Shown one piece after another: positions 1 through 12,592 of a stretch of DNA of 64,000 nt. The notes under the pieces are model-generated. The model did no database searches, was not told the origin of the DNA, and saw only the letters and a list, made by a program, of their open reading frames with translations. Numbering within the stretch: the stretch's first letter is position 1; every line of letters starts with the position of its first letter. The translations under genes and the position numbers were made by a program. Source of the DNA: Octopus sinensis (taxonomy: Eukaryota); contig NC_043000.1 in NCBI RefSeq assembly GCF_006345805.1, positions 125,302,001 to 125,366,000 of the forward strand. Direction: 5' to 3'.

Positions 1-123
1 GTTTTAACATTCACATTTTCATGTTTGCATGGATCAGATAAAATTTGTTAACACAGATTTTCTGCAGCTGGATGTTCTTCCTGTCATCAACCCTTATCTG
101 TTTACAAGTAAGGTAATATTTTC

Positions 124-346
124 AAGGGTGGTGAGCTGGCAGAATCGTTAGAATACTGGGCAAAATGCTTAGCGGTATTTCATCTGCTGTTACGTTCTGA
201 GTTCAAATTCCACCAAGGTCGACTTTGCCTTCCATCCTTTCGGGGTCAGTTAAATATGTACCAGTTATGCACTGGAGTCGATGTAATCTACTTAATCCCT
301 TGTTTGTCCCCTCAATGTTTAGCCCCCTGTGAGCAATAAAGAAATA
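124..346 (+). mobile_element. SINE family A (tRNA-like head, central gcctttcatcctttcggggtcgat domain, tail type 1)
   Basis: Head ggtggtgagctggcagaa, B-box-like gagttcaaattcc, tail ...aataaagaaata. Short direct repeat aatattttc on both flanks; inserted in an older repeat. Confidence 0.85.
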
Positions 347-1049
347 AATATTTTCCCATGACTAGATATGTTATCATGGTAGACTAGAAATGAACATGTG
401 ACAATGTCAAGACAAGGAGACACATGCACAAACACACAAATTGACACATGTACATACATATATTGATGTCACCTGTCTATTGTAGGTCAACATTGATTGG
501 TTTGTCCAGAAATCCTCTCTGTCATGTGAGCAGCAAGGCCTGCCCTTGATGCAGCAGTGGTGACATCAGTTACAAGTGAAGCTCACGACCTCATGTCTCT
601 GGATAAAACATCTTTGGACAGTGAGTAAGGCAGGTGGCATCATTCCTCCACCAAACTGCAGCTCTGAACATCTATACCAAGTACCAAGTGGTGTACAAGA
701 GTGCAACAAGCACAGCCAATAGTGAGGCTAACCTGCATTAGAAGCTAGTTTGCTAGTTGACACCCAACCATTGTCTGATGGTACAGATCTTCCACTTGGC
801 TGCAATAACCTTCAAGCTATTGATCTAGGACTTCTCTACCTTGTAGGTTATCCAATACCCTGCTTGCTGACATCTTTCTCCCTCATACACTATAAATAAG
901 AAGGGTGGAGCAATTGCAGAAAACAGCACTGCTTGGAACTGCTCAAATACTCTGGTAGACACTCGAAAAATAAGAAGTGTTACCTTAGTTCACTGGTAGT
1001 GAACAGCTGACACCGTAGTACATCTCCAGCATTAGAAGCTGTGCAAAGG

Positions 1050-1440
1050 CAATAATAATGATAATAATGAAATTATTGTGTATAGTGCTCAGGTGCACTA
1101 CAGCTCATCAAAGGTGTATGTACAGTATGTAGAATTGTGTACAAAAGTCAGGTAAGTGAACAGTGCATGAGTCATAGTATACATGTGTGCATGCGTATGG
1201 AGGTGGGGATATAAGGTGTAATGTTGATGAATTTCAGGAAGCTTGGAGGTTTTAAAGGATACAATATCTCAGAAACTAACAACCGATGCAGGTAGTTTGT
1301 TCTATGCTTCAGCAACTCTGAGTGTGAAAAAATGTTTCTGAAAGTCATGGGAGCTGTGCTGTTTTCTAACTTTTTAGGCATGCCCACATGTGTTAGACAC
1401 ATGGAGCTCAAAAAAGTGCTCAAGGTGGTTGTTGGCACGA
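1050..1440 (-). mobile_element. 3' end of a CR1-type LINE (ORF2 C-terminus, 3' UTR, (ATT)n tail)
   Basis: Minus strand reads NTCGHA*KVRKQHSSHDFQKHFFTLRVAEA*NKLPASVVS, matching the CR1 TRGH..K....FF..RV...WN.LP..VV terminal motif. The same 3' terminus recurs on + at about 27995-28110. Confidence 0.8.
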
Positions 1441-2519
1441 TCCTTGAGACATCTGCATTAAAAATAAAATGTACCTTCAGTTTATCAAAATTTTCCTACA
1501 ATATCTGACATTAGATTCTAACCATGAGTTGTGTTCAACATTTGGCTTTAAATCAAAATGTTCAAGTAAAAATATTTACTATAACAGGAAAAAAATATAT
1601 TACTTTTTTCAAAAATTGTCTTGTCGCCAAAACAATTTAATTAAAAGAATGGATTAAACCATGAGCCAGAGGTAGTGTAACTTCCAGAAATATGTCTGTG
1701 AAACAAAATATAAATAGAAATTTCAAAACTGTAAAAAAAAATCAATTTGAATCATTAAAGCAACATGAAAATATTATTCTGCATCGATGTGTCTTACTTT
1801 AGATGTCTTATCTAAAGTTGGCATAGAACATGAGGTTCTTCAGAATGAAGGGGAAAAAATACATACATAAATAAACTAGTGAATAGCAGTTGGAATATTC
1901 TTCAAGTCCCTTCCTTCTTTTGACTTCTGTCCAGCAGTAAAGCTAGATGAATATAAAACTTATCACGGAAAAAGAAAACCAGAAAAAGACATTATTATGC
2001 TTCATTCAGTTTACCTTAGGGAAAATAAATGCTATTCTATCTTTGTGATAAGAAGAGAGTCTCTTTTTTCTTTTTTTTTCTTCCCCGTTTTCTTTTTAAT
2101 CTCCTGGATTCCTTTCAGTTTACTTGCTTTAGAAAGCATTTATATGTTAATGTCTAAGATTATAAAAATTGTTTCATGCATGCCATGAAATATCCAAAGA
2201 TAAAAATTAAAACCAAAATCCAAAACCAAAATTTTAATAATGTAAGAAGGTAATTGAAGTTGATCAGAGAGTTTTCTGATTGAAATTCAATGTTGACAGA
2301 AATATTCCAGGTGAAATTATTTGTCTGCAAAACTCAGAACAATTTCCATGATATGTCACTTTAAAATATATATACATATTCTCCATGTAATTATGATGAA
2401 GTAGTTTATATAATAATTGAAGCAATATCTAGATTTAGCAGTTGGTTAGTATGAAGAAATCGGTTCTTAACAGGTTGAAAGACATACAAGCCTTGGGTTA
2501 TAAACCTGCAACCAAACAT

Positions 2520-2972
2520 TGACTTCTCTCCCCTCACACACAACAGACACACAAATGCATACCCATCTGCTTACACATGCACACACAGACACATACATAT
2601 GCATACACAAATACATGCACATGCACACACATACACACACTCTTTCTCTCTCCCCCTCTCCCTCTTTCTTTCCTTCTCTCTCTCTTCACACACACATAAT
2701 CTTACTCTATCTCCCTCTTGCTCCTGCTCTGTCTTTCTCTTCGCATATTCACATACACACACACACACACTCTCTCTATCTATCTATCTCCCACTCTCAC
2801 TTACACATACTCACATTGCACACTCACACGCACACACTCTCTCTCTCTCCACTCTCCCACACTCTCTCCCACTCTCTCTCTCTCACTCTCTCTCTCCCAC
2901 TTTGTCTCTCCCACTCTCTCTCTCCTATTCTCTCTTTCTTCAAACAGACACACACACACATACATTGCACAC

Positions 2973-3003
<31 letters not shown>

Positions 3004-3300
3004 TCACACAGACTCACTTACACACACATACTCACATTGCACACTCACACACACACACACACATACACACATTTACTCTCTCTCCCACTCTCTCTCCCGT
3101 TCTCTCTCTCTTCACATAGACTCATTTACATACACTCACATTGCACACTCACACACACACACACACTTTCTCTCTACTCTCTTCACACATGCTCTTTCTC
3201 TTTCTCCTTCTCTGCCTTTCTCTGTCTTTCTCTCTATCTTCACAAATATTCACATGAGCTCTCTCTCTCTCTCTCAAACACCCACCCACCCCCACTCTCT
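2520..3300. repeat. Compound (CT)n/(CA)n microsatellite with higher-order duplications
   Basis: Alternating CT and CA tracts; the anchor cattgcacactcac recurs four times. Confidence 0.9.
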
Positions 3301-3846
3301 CCTACAATGGCTACTGAATTCGCTTCAAGATAGGTTTAAAAACATGATTAATATCTGTCAATGTTTTGACTATTCCACTGAATTTTAAGACTTCAAGAAC
3401 TCCTTCCTCTTGTCTTTTCTAATTCCTCTACGTTCTCCATCCATTGCTCTGGCTAAATAGCATGCTAGCTCGGCCCATTCTATTTTCTATTATCATTATT
3501 ATTATTATTATTATTACTTAATCTATTTCTAAGAAATTTCATTATCTTATGCTGTCTATCAACACTAATAATCAGTGTTGCTGCCTGGCAGGGGTTTTAT
3601 TTTTTTAATTTTCTCTGCATTTGGTACTTTTTCTCTGCTTAATCTGACAGCCAGTTACGTAAGAATAAGTTACGTAAGAGCACAGTTCAAACAGCAAATA
3701 TGAAACTAAAATTAATAGAACAGAACAGAAAAAAAAGAAAGAAACTAAATGGATTGCTTATTCATTATTCAAGTAGATTAATGAGCGGCAATTTTAAGAC
3801 AAGATTACAATTTGGGTGAATTTTAAAGTAATTTGTAAATATGATA

Positions 3847-4228
3847 GGTGCAGGAATGGCTGTGTGGTAGGAAGTTTGCTTTCCAACCGCATGGTTCCAG
3901 GTTCAGTCCCAATGGGTGACACCTTGGCCTAAGTGTCTTCTACTATATATTTCTTTACTACCCACAAGGGGCTAAACACAGAGAGGACAAACAAGGACAG
4001 ACAAACAGGTTAAGTCGATTACAGCGACTCCAGTGCATAACTGGTACTTAATTTATCGACCCCGAAAGGATGAAAGGCAAAGTCAACCTTGGCGGAATTT
4101 GAACCCAGAACATAACGGCAGACAAAATACAGCTACGCATTTCGCCTGGAGTGCTAACGTTTCTGCCTCAGACTGACCAAAGCCTTGTAAACAGATTTTG
4201 TAGATGGAAACTGAAAGAAGCCCATTGT
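3847..4228 (+). mobile_element. SINE family B (tRNA head, CORE-like ccttgggcaagtgtctt) interrupted by an antisense family A SINE (3948-4167)
   Basis: A-box-like tggctgtgtgg and B-box-like ggttcagtccc. The host sequence breaks after tactata and resumes at gcctcagactgaccaaagcc. Confidence 0.85.
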
Positions 4229-4747
4229 ACATTCTGTCAGTCAAGTGTCCCAGTTGATTTGATTAATGGAAGAGCCTACTTGTGGAATTAACTTGCAAGT
4301 GGCTGAGTACTCCACAGACACATATACACCTAATGTAGTTTTCAGGGAGATTCAGTGTGGCACAGAATGTGACATGGCCGACCCTTTGAAATATAGGTAC
4401 AACTCATCTTTTCCAGCTGAGCGTACTGGAGCAATGTGAAATAAAGAGTCTTGCTCAAGGACACACTGTGATGCCAGGTATTGAACCCATGATGTTATGA
4501 TCATGAGCTGAATGAATAAACTAACCACTACATATATATGTATGGGCATGTGTATGTATGTGTGTGTGTGTGCACATATATGTTTGTGTGTGTGAATGTG
4601 TGTATGTGTGTGTGCATGTGTGTACATATATATGTTTGTGAGCATGCATATCTGTATGTGTGTGTATGTGTGTGCATGCATATATATATATTAGTGTGGA
4701 TGTATGTGTGTGTGCATATATATGAATATATATATATATATATATAA

Positions 4748-4950
4748 GGTTAATCCAAACGGGAAAACAGAAAAAACAACACGTGGAACAATTACAGTAG
4801 TATTATTATTAGGCGCTCAGGAAAATGGAAGAAGGAGGGTATGACGTTTCGAGCGGAGCTCTTCGTCGGAAACATAAGAGAAAGAAAGAAAGATCCCGAG
4901 ACGGGAGGACAGAGGAAAAAAAATTGCAGGTCGTCTTCACGAGGTCACAT
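4748..4950 (-). mobile_element. Penelope-like terminal-repeat fragment with hammerhead-like motif
   Basis: Similar to 13152-13372 and 29935-30140; flanked by (TA)n. Minus strand carries CCGACGA-stem-GAAACGTC. Confidence 0.65.
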
Positions 4951-5224
4951 ATATATATATATGCACACACACACTCAAACATATATAAGCACACACACTA
5001 ATATATATATGCATGCACACATATACACACAGAAGGAAGGCCTATATAGGAAAGCCTACTTTCTTCTGTCAAGGGCTTGCATGCCCCGTTACTAGACCAT
5101 TTTTGTCTTAGTCATTGCACAGTGATCTCTATAAATTTAGGCATATATAAATACCATTATTATTATTTACAGGATTGTAAAACCTGGCACCGTATAACCA
5201 AGCCATTTCTACCAAAGGCATATG

Positions 5225-5262
<38 letters not shown>

Positions 5263-5382
5263 CATAAAACTGAGAATGTGTGTGTGTGTGTCTGTCTGTC
5301 TATGTGTGCATCACTGAACCCTCGTTGTCATAACTGACAGAGTGCCGTGATTGCAACCGATTTCATTCAAATTTTACACATG

Positions 5383-5872
5383 CCTCTGTGTTTAGCTCCT
5401 TGTGGGCAATAAAGAAATAAGAAACATTAGCACACCAGGTGAAATGCTTAGCGGTATTTCATCTGTCTTTACATTCTGAGTTCAAATTCCACCGAGGTTG
5501 ACTTTGCCTTTCATTCTTTCGGAGTCGATAAATTAAGTACCAGTTGCGTACTGGGGTTGATCTAATTGACTGGCACCCACCCCCAAAATTTCAGGCCTTG
5601 TACCTTGAGTAGAAAAGAATATATTGGTCTCAAATTTAAAAGGGCGGTGAGCTGGCAGAATCATTAGCAAGTCAGGTGAAATGCTTAGCAGAATTTCATC
5701 TGCCGTTAGGTTCTGAGTTAAAATTCCCCCAAGGTCCACTTTGCCTTTCATCTTTTTGGAGTCAATAAATTAAGCACCAGCTGTGTACTGGGGTCGATGT
5801 AATTGACTTAATCCCTTCCTCTGTCCTTGTTTGTCCTCTCTATGTTTAGCCCCTTGTGGGCAATAAAGGAAA
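5383..5872 (+). mobile_element. Cluster of family A SINEs (tail-1 stub, tail-2 copy, full tail-1 copy)
   Basis: Repeated family A body. Two alternative tails: ...aataaagaaata and ...ccttgagtagaaaagaat. Confidence 0.85.
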
Positions 5873-6471
5873 ACATATATAACACATAGAGAACATAGTT
5901 TAACAAGTAATATTTGAATTCAGGTGAACTTTTAGTGTAAACATTTTTAGCCTAAATTCATATTTGAATATTTCATGCTCGAATGGATGCTTTAATGTTG
6001 GTATTTAGATTTAGTTCCGACATTTAATTTAAACTGAAATGCTTCATATTATATATAATTGATGAAGCTGGTGATTTTTAAGCAAACATAATTAAGTGAC
6101 TAATCTAAAAGTTTATAGAACTTATATTAGCAAATCTCAAATAAGTAAATGTGTTTTCAAAAACACGATGAACCAAAAAGTAAATAACAACAATAATAAT
6201 AATAGTTGTAGTGGTGGTGGTGGTGGTGGTGGTGACAATGATGATGGTGATGATGATTCTATACATTTCCAGAGTTGATACAGATTTTCTTAAAATGTTA
6301 ATAACTGCGGCATAATACTATGAAAATTTTTCGAAAATGCTGCAGAGGAATAAGGATTTATTAAACAAATAAAATATAAAGAATATATAACAAAATTATC
6401 AGCAGAAATATATTTTTAAAAGGTAGGTTGATATAACCACAGATTCAACATAAATATATTACAGACATGTG

Positions 6472-7117
6472 TGAAGGCACGTGGCTGAGTGGTTTAGGCA
6501 TTTGGCTCACAATTGTGAGGTCATGAGTTCAATTCCTGGTGACGCGTCATGTCCTTGGGCAAGGCATTTTATTTCACTTTGCTCCAGTCCACTCAGCTGA
6601 TGAAAATGAGTAGTACCTGTATTTCAAAGTGGCAACCTTGTCACGCAGGACATCCCTGAGTACTATGTTAAGGTGCACATGCCTGTGGAGTGCTCAGCCA
6701 CTTGCCCGTTAATTTCACGAGCAAGCTGTTCTGTTGATTGTATCGGCTGAAACCCTTGTCATCGTAACCAATGGAGTACTTCTTTTTGCAGAGGTGCAAT
6801 AGCCCAGTGGTTAGGACAGTGGAATTGTGGTCATAGGGTTACGGTTTCGATTCTGAGAGAAAACACCTAAAGTTCCATAAGGCTCCAGCAGGGGGTGGTG
6901 GTGAACTCTGCTGTATTCTTTCTTTCACTCTTTCTTCCTGTTTCCGTTGTACCTATATTTCAAAGGTCCAGCCTCTGTGTCTTGCTGAATCTCCCCGAGA
7001 ACTACATTAATGGTACACATGTCTGTGGAGTGCTCAGCCACTTGCACGTTAATTTCACGAGCAGGCTGTTCCGTTGATCGGATCAACTGGAACCCTTGTC
7101 GTCATAACTGAGTGCCA
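6472..7117 (+). mobile_element. Two adjacent family C SINEs (tRNA head, shared 3' half ...ggaacccttgtcgtcataac)
   Basis: Related copies at 17837-18140, 18779-19098 and 29487-29858 (+), and at 4235-4530 and 37395-37685 (-). Confidence 0.8.
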
Positions 7118-7135
7118 CGATTGCAGACAGGTAAG

Positions 7136-7205
<70 letters not shown>

Positions 7206-7218
7206 TAGACAGACAGGC

Positions 7219-7297
<79 letters not shown>

Positions 7298-7367
7298 CAT
7301 ACATATAGATATATAGATAGATAGATAGATAGATATATTAGATAGACAGATAGATAGATAGACAGAC

Positions 7368-7398
<31 letters not shown>

Positions 7399-7410
7399 TA
7401 GATAGTTAGA

Positions 7411-7957
7411 TATGTTTCTTTATTAGCCACAAAGGCTGCACACAGACGGGACAAATTACAAGGTAGAGCTTTTCTTTTTCGGGATTAAAAAAAAGGGGGT
7501 TTGGTTTTCGATCAAAAGGGATCGTAAAAAGAAAGAGGAAAGCTAAAAAAAAAGTGGGGGGTAAAAAAAATAAAAGGAAAAAGAAAAGAATTGATCAATA
7601 GGGATCGTTATCACAGAAATGTCAATATAAAGTGTAAAGGGGAGGACAGGTGAGGTTTACCCGTGGAAAGAAAAACCTACAGAAAAGACCATGGTAACCT
7701 CAGTCATTGAAGTCACGTTATATTTTTTTACAAATAAGCAACTCTCTGTATTAATTTTTACGGTTCATAGGATCATAGTCAAGGTGGCTCCGTCATTCAT
7801 ACGTGTCATCCTTGCTACATTCACCCATCTTTTTTTAAAACATTCACTAGACAAAACTTGCCTCTCTACTCTCACTTTCCTTTTCAAGTGATACTTGAAG
7901 AAGTTGATGAAAGATTGACCAAGTGTTTGTCTCAAATCCTTTCAGGCGCATCTACCA
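7411..7957 (-). mobile_element. 5'-truncated Tx1-like (L1 clade) LINE 3' end inside a (GATA)n tract
   Basis: Minus strand 7957-7765 reads ...GQSFINFFKYHLKRKVRVERQVLSSECFKKRWVNVARMTRMNDGATLTMIL* (Tx1-type F..RW C-terminus). A U-rich 3' UTR follows, ending aataaagaaaca. (GATA)n on both sides. Clade assignment is from memory of the motif. Confidence 0.65.
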
Positions 7958-7958
7958 G

Positions 7959-8030
<72 letters not shown>

Positions 8031-8094
8031 GTAGATAGATAGATAGATAGATAGATAGGGATACAGAGAGGCAGACAGACAAGGAGACAGATAT

Positions 8095-8340
8095 ACCTTA
8101 TCTGATGCTCAATTATAATACAATCCAAGCAGTGGCTTCCATCTGAGCTCGGCTTGATAAATATTGTTTCCAAAGATTTTGGTAATTTATTACCTATGAT
8201 GTCATATATAATTCTAAACAGATCCTTTATAATCAGGATTTATATTTCTTTATAGTCAGAATGTCAGAGTTCATCACTGGTTCAGTGTCAGCCATTGTTA
8301 TAGTATTTACTGAGTTCCATTTTCAGGAATTTTATACCAA
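8095..8340 (-). mobile_element. Highly decayed LINE reverse-transcriptase remnant
   Basis: DYKEI*ILIIKDLFRII...YQAELR..GSHCLDCIII.HQI across a frameshift resembles YRPISLL...QAGFR..RSC.D.I. Confidence 0.45.
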
Positions 8341-8661
8341 TTTCTTTTCATTTCCCCAAATTAGAATTCCATGGAAAGGTCTGTATGGTTGTTTGCCCTG
8401 CTAGAAATAACAATTAAATCTCCCATTTATCACTGTCGTACAAAAAAGGACACATCGTTGGACGATATAGCTCTAGATATATTGTGTTCAAATAACAGAG
8501 AATACGGTTGTACTATGAATGCTTATACTCACTCTGCTTTATGTGTCATGTTTACAGGCATTGGTGATCATGGATCTCCACCTCGTCCTGTACCATACAC
8601 AAACTACAATGTTTTGGGGGTGGTCTTTCTGTAGCCAGAATCTTCTCTCTCTCTCTCTCCC

Positions 8662-8711
<50 letters not shown>

Positions 8712-8756
8712 AATATATCTATCTACCTGTCTGTCCATCTATCTATCTGTCTATCT

Positions 8757-8966
8757 CTTTTACTCTTTTACTTGTTTCAGTCATTTGACTGTGACCATGC
8801 TGGAGCACTGCCTTTAGTCAATCGAGCAAATCGACCCAAGGACTTATTCTTTGTAAGCCTAGTACTTATTCTATCTGTCTCTTTTGCCAAACCGCTAAGT
8901 TACGGGGACATAAACACACCAGCATCAGTTGTCGAGCGATGTTGAGGGGACAACTCAGACACACAA

Positions 8967-9019
<53 letters not shown>

Positions 9020-9184
9020 TACAACGGGCTTCTTTCAGTTTCCATCTACCAAATCCACTCACAAGGCTTTGATCGGCCTGAGGCTATAGTAGAAGACACT
9101 TGCCCAAGTTGCCACGCAGTGGGACTGAACGTGGAACCATGTGATTGGTAATCAAGCTACTTACTACACAGCCACTCCTACGCC
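8757..9184 (-). mobile_element. Full-length family B SINE with internal (CA)/(TA) microsatellite
   Basis: Co-linear with copies at 16425-16855 (-), 17168-17570 (+) and 34696-35147 (+). Confidence 0.88.
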
Positions 9185-9229
9185 TATCTGTCTATGTATC
9201 TTTCAATCTGTCTGTCTGTCTGTCTTTCT

Positions 9230-9725
9230 CAGTTTCTTTGTTGCTTCAGTTTGCCAGTTGTCATCAAATGTTCAAGACATCGTCATTCCATATGATGTCC
9301 TATGAACTCAGCCTGTTGCCTTTTTTAAGTTGCTAAGAAGTTTTCTGGTGGTTTCTGCTCACCTGAATACGTCAATATCTTGTTATTCTACCTGTAAATA
9401 GAATATCTTCAGTATTTATCTAAGAGGCGACAACTATGCAGCGTTGATAACATTTTACTCTGGTTTATCGATGCTGCTCCAGATCACACATCAATATGTA
9501 AAGATGAGCTCTGCACATTCCCCTCGGACACTTTAACTCATTCTTATTCATAACCATTTATTTGACAATACATATTTGATCTCACATTAAGCAACCTTCG
9601 CCTGTCCAATCTTAAACTTAATTTCTTTGATGATTTTCCTATCTGATGGAACGATGCTTACCAAATATTTAAAGCTAGCAACATGCTTCAAGGTTGTCCA
9701 TTAATTCTTATGCTACACAATCATC
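9230..9725 (-). mobile_element. Decayed RTE-clade LINE, 3' part of ORF
   Basis: LKHVASFKYLVSIVPSDRKIIKEIKFKIGQAKVA ... RQQAEFIGHHME*RCLEHLMTTGKLK (FKYLGS and FFGH..R...TTGK motifs). Confidence 0.75.
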
Positions 9726-9922
9726 TGCAACAAGTGTGTTTGTATATTTATCTTTTACCTGTATCAGTATATGTATCTTTTACCTGTATCAGTCATTAAA
9801 AAAAACAAAATAGATTCCAGAATGATGCAAAAATAGAATTCTCATAAAAAATAGATTCCAAAATTTAAGAAAACAGCAGGAACTTAGTTGCCAACCCAAT
9901 ATATTTATATATATGTGTGTGC

Positions 9923-9955
<33 letters not shown>

Positions 9956-10831
9956 TGTATGTATGTATGTATGTATGTATGTATGTATGTACGTATGTAT
10001 GTATGTATGTATGTATATGTATGTGTGTGTGTGTGATAATCTTCTTTCAGTTTTCATCTACCAAATCCACTCACTAGGCTTTGGTCAGAACAAGGCATAT
10101 AATAGAAGACACCAGCCCAAGGTGCCACACGGTGGGGTTGAACATGGAATTATGTGATTAGGAAGTAAACTTCTAACCATACAGCCATGCCAGTGCCTAT
10201 TCATATATATACGTATCCCAAACATATCCTAATATAATCCTTATTGTCCTTTGTACACCCTCATGATATTCCACACAAGGTATTTAAAATATTACGGAGA
10301 TGTACTTGCATAGCAAGTGACCTGATCTGAGATTGTGTGCTGAAATGAAAACAATTGCAGTATGGAAGGTGTTTATAAGCTAACTAAAAGCACACAAAAA
10401 TTGTAAGATTCACTTCAACATTTAAATTCAATTTGCCAGAATATTTTCATACTTATGGGAGCAGATGTCTTCAAAGACTCATATTGTCATTCAGTGCTTG
10501 AAATTGGGAGTAAATAGACAGCTGACAACTGATGAAGAGTCGTTCTTTGTGTTACTTGTCCTGTTTTCCATTTGTTTTTTTTGTTGTTTTGTAATTATAA
10601 TTTTGTTTGTGAAATGAAACAACTGTCTGTGAATATGTTGATTAATTAATAAATCAATTTGTATCCATTAGATCTCTCTGTTTTCTAACTCGACAATAAT
10701 GTTTGATATTTTACAATATCTCATATAATATATTCATTGATGAAATATCTCTTCAAAATTTAATATATTAAACCAGTTATGTTAGATAAATATCCCTATA
10801 AGAGGTTTAAACATTTTCATTGTGACTATAT

Positions 10832-10863
<32 letters not shown>

Positions 10864-11539
10864 CACATAAATTTAAATTCAGATGAATATGGTACTTCAG
10901 TTAAGGCACCAGAATTTAGTTTGGTATTATCCATACAATTTCAAAATAAAGTGATTATAATCAAAATAAGCAACAAGGACATCCAGAGGTAATGCAGTAT
11001 GATCGTTTCAAGCAACTCCATTTAATTGAACAATGCAACCATTACATCAATTTAAATGCAGAGCAATGTTTGTTGCTTATTTTGATTATATATACATACA
11101 TGTATGTATGTGTGTGTATATATATATATATATATAGATATATATACATATATATACATATATATATACATACATATATATATATATGTTGGTGCCTGTC
11201 TAGCAATGTTTGTTGGTCCTTCAGAGTTCTATCGTGTCTGCCAGTGCTCATTGCTTTTAGAGTTCTAAGCAAGACAATAAGTGGAATTTAGTGATGAGGC
11301 TCCATTTAGGATGTTCTGAGAAGTTATCCCAGTTATGCATCAAGGGCTCTGGTTGTGGGTTCAAGGGCCCCAGTTATGGGTCAAACGCTTCAGTCATTGT
11401 TTCAGATTGCAGAAGATGGTTGTATGTAATATGGACATGAAGCAAATGACTCTGAGACCTACTTAACTAGGACAGACCTGGGGCTAAAGGAGCTAAAAGA
11501 ACGTAAAGGGCTTTAATAACTACAACAACTATTGTTTAA

Positions 11540-12150
11540 ATGTGAGAGAAAATTGCATCCTTTCTGTAGCTACCAAAGAAAGCGTGAAACACAACATCGC
11601 TTCCTTGTATTGTTTCAACTTCCTATCTTTATGTTATTTATATTCTCTGAGTAATAAGTGATATCAATAATACCAATACTCAAGCCAAGTAAGCAATCTT
11701 TTGTTTATATATTATTGTTTTAAATCTAGTTTGTTTGAATTAAGCTGGCCTGATATAATGATTGATTTATTGATTAGTTTTTCAAAGCATATTTTAACAA
11801 TAGTTTTAAGTGAGAAGTGCAAATGTACCATTGACAAAGGGAAGTAAATATAAATGTGTATCTATTTGCATATTGTTTATATAGATCATAAACAGAAGTG
11901 GGATACCATGAGCTCTATTGTTTTCAGGAAATCTGAAGTTACCCTGCACTAAATACTGCATTCTTATCTCCAAGGAAACTTTTATACTATTTGCTGCAAT
12001 GTTTTGGGTTACTTCCCTTGAGCTCCAGTTATTTATTTATCTATTTAACCAATCATATTTTCATAAAATATTCAAGTGTGAGTCAGTCCAGTCACGACTA
12101 CCTAATCTGTAAGCCACATAAAATGTTTCCTCTTATTTAATCTAATTATC
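11540..12150 (-). mobile_element. Ancient LINE RT remnant (CR1/L2-like)
   Basis: Minus strand gives KSFLGDK...QYLVQGN...GIPLLFMIYINNMQ, resembling W..SFL..R.Q.V...GPLLF.IYINDL. Confidence 0.5.
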
Positions 12151-12592
12151 TACATTGTTATAACATGATATAATGCTGCATCTTATATAGCATAGTGTTG
12201 TAACTTCCACAATTTATATCAGCAGTTCTCAATCTTTTTTTGACTTGGTAATGTGCTGGGAGTCAAACAAAAAAAAACAAATTACTGCTGTACTTCGCAT
12301 GATGGAAAATAAGAAATTACTTGCACACTTCACATGGAAGTTAAAAACAAAAAAATATGTTTTCAAGCCAAAAATATAGAAAAAAATGTTCAACATGATT
12401 ACTTACCATGTTTTATTATTCATGCTTGTGAAAAACAAAATTAGGAATAATGTTTTTTCAAGATACTCAAGAAATTAGAATGGAAGTTCTAAAGCCTAAA
12501 ACTATATTTTTTTTTAAATTCATGGTGCACCTAGACACCTTTTGCACTTCAGCATTTCAAAAGCATTCATATATATATATTTATATATATAT

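Noticed and set aside
1470-2200. Minus-strand splice-like signals with peptide-like runs
   Set aside because: Stops in all frames; more likely an ancient LINE remnant than exons.
2519-3388. Longest ORFs (289 and 244 aa, HT/LS-rich)
   Set aside because: Translations of CA/CT microsatellites, open in several frames at once.
6273-6422. 150-nt segment between a good acceptor (tttccag) and donor (AG|GTAGGT)
   Set aside because: Stops in all three frames. It could only be a non-coding exon, which sequence alone cannot support.
6472-6545. tRNA-like sequences with A/B boxes (many copies)
   Set aside because: These are SINE heads followed by SINE bodies; no complete cloverleaf.
10527-10545. ctgatgaagag resembling a hammerhead start
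   Set aside because: No downstream helix II closure or GAAA.
11928-12077. Apparent 150-nt + strand exon (ttttcag ... GTGAGT) with an open frame
   Set aside because: The opposite strand carries LINE RT motifs (PLLFMIYINN just upstream), and no partner exons or recognisable protein were found. An exonised fragment is not excluded.
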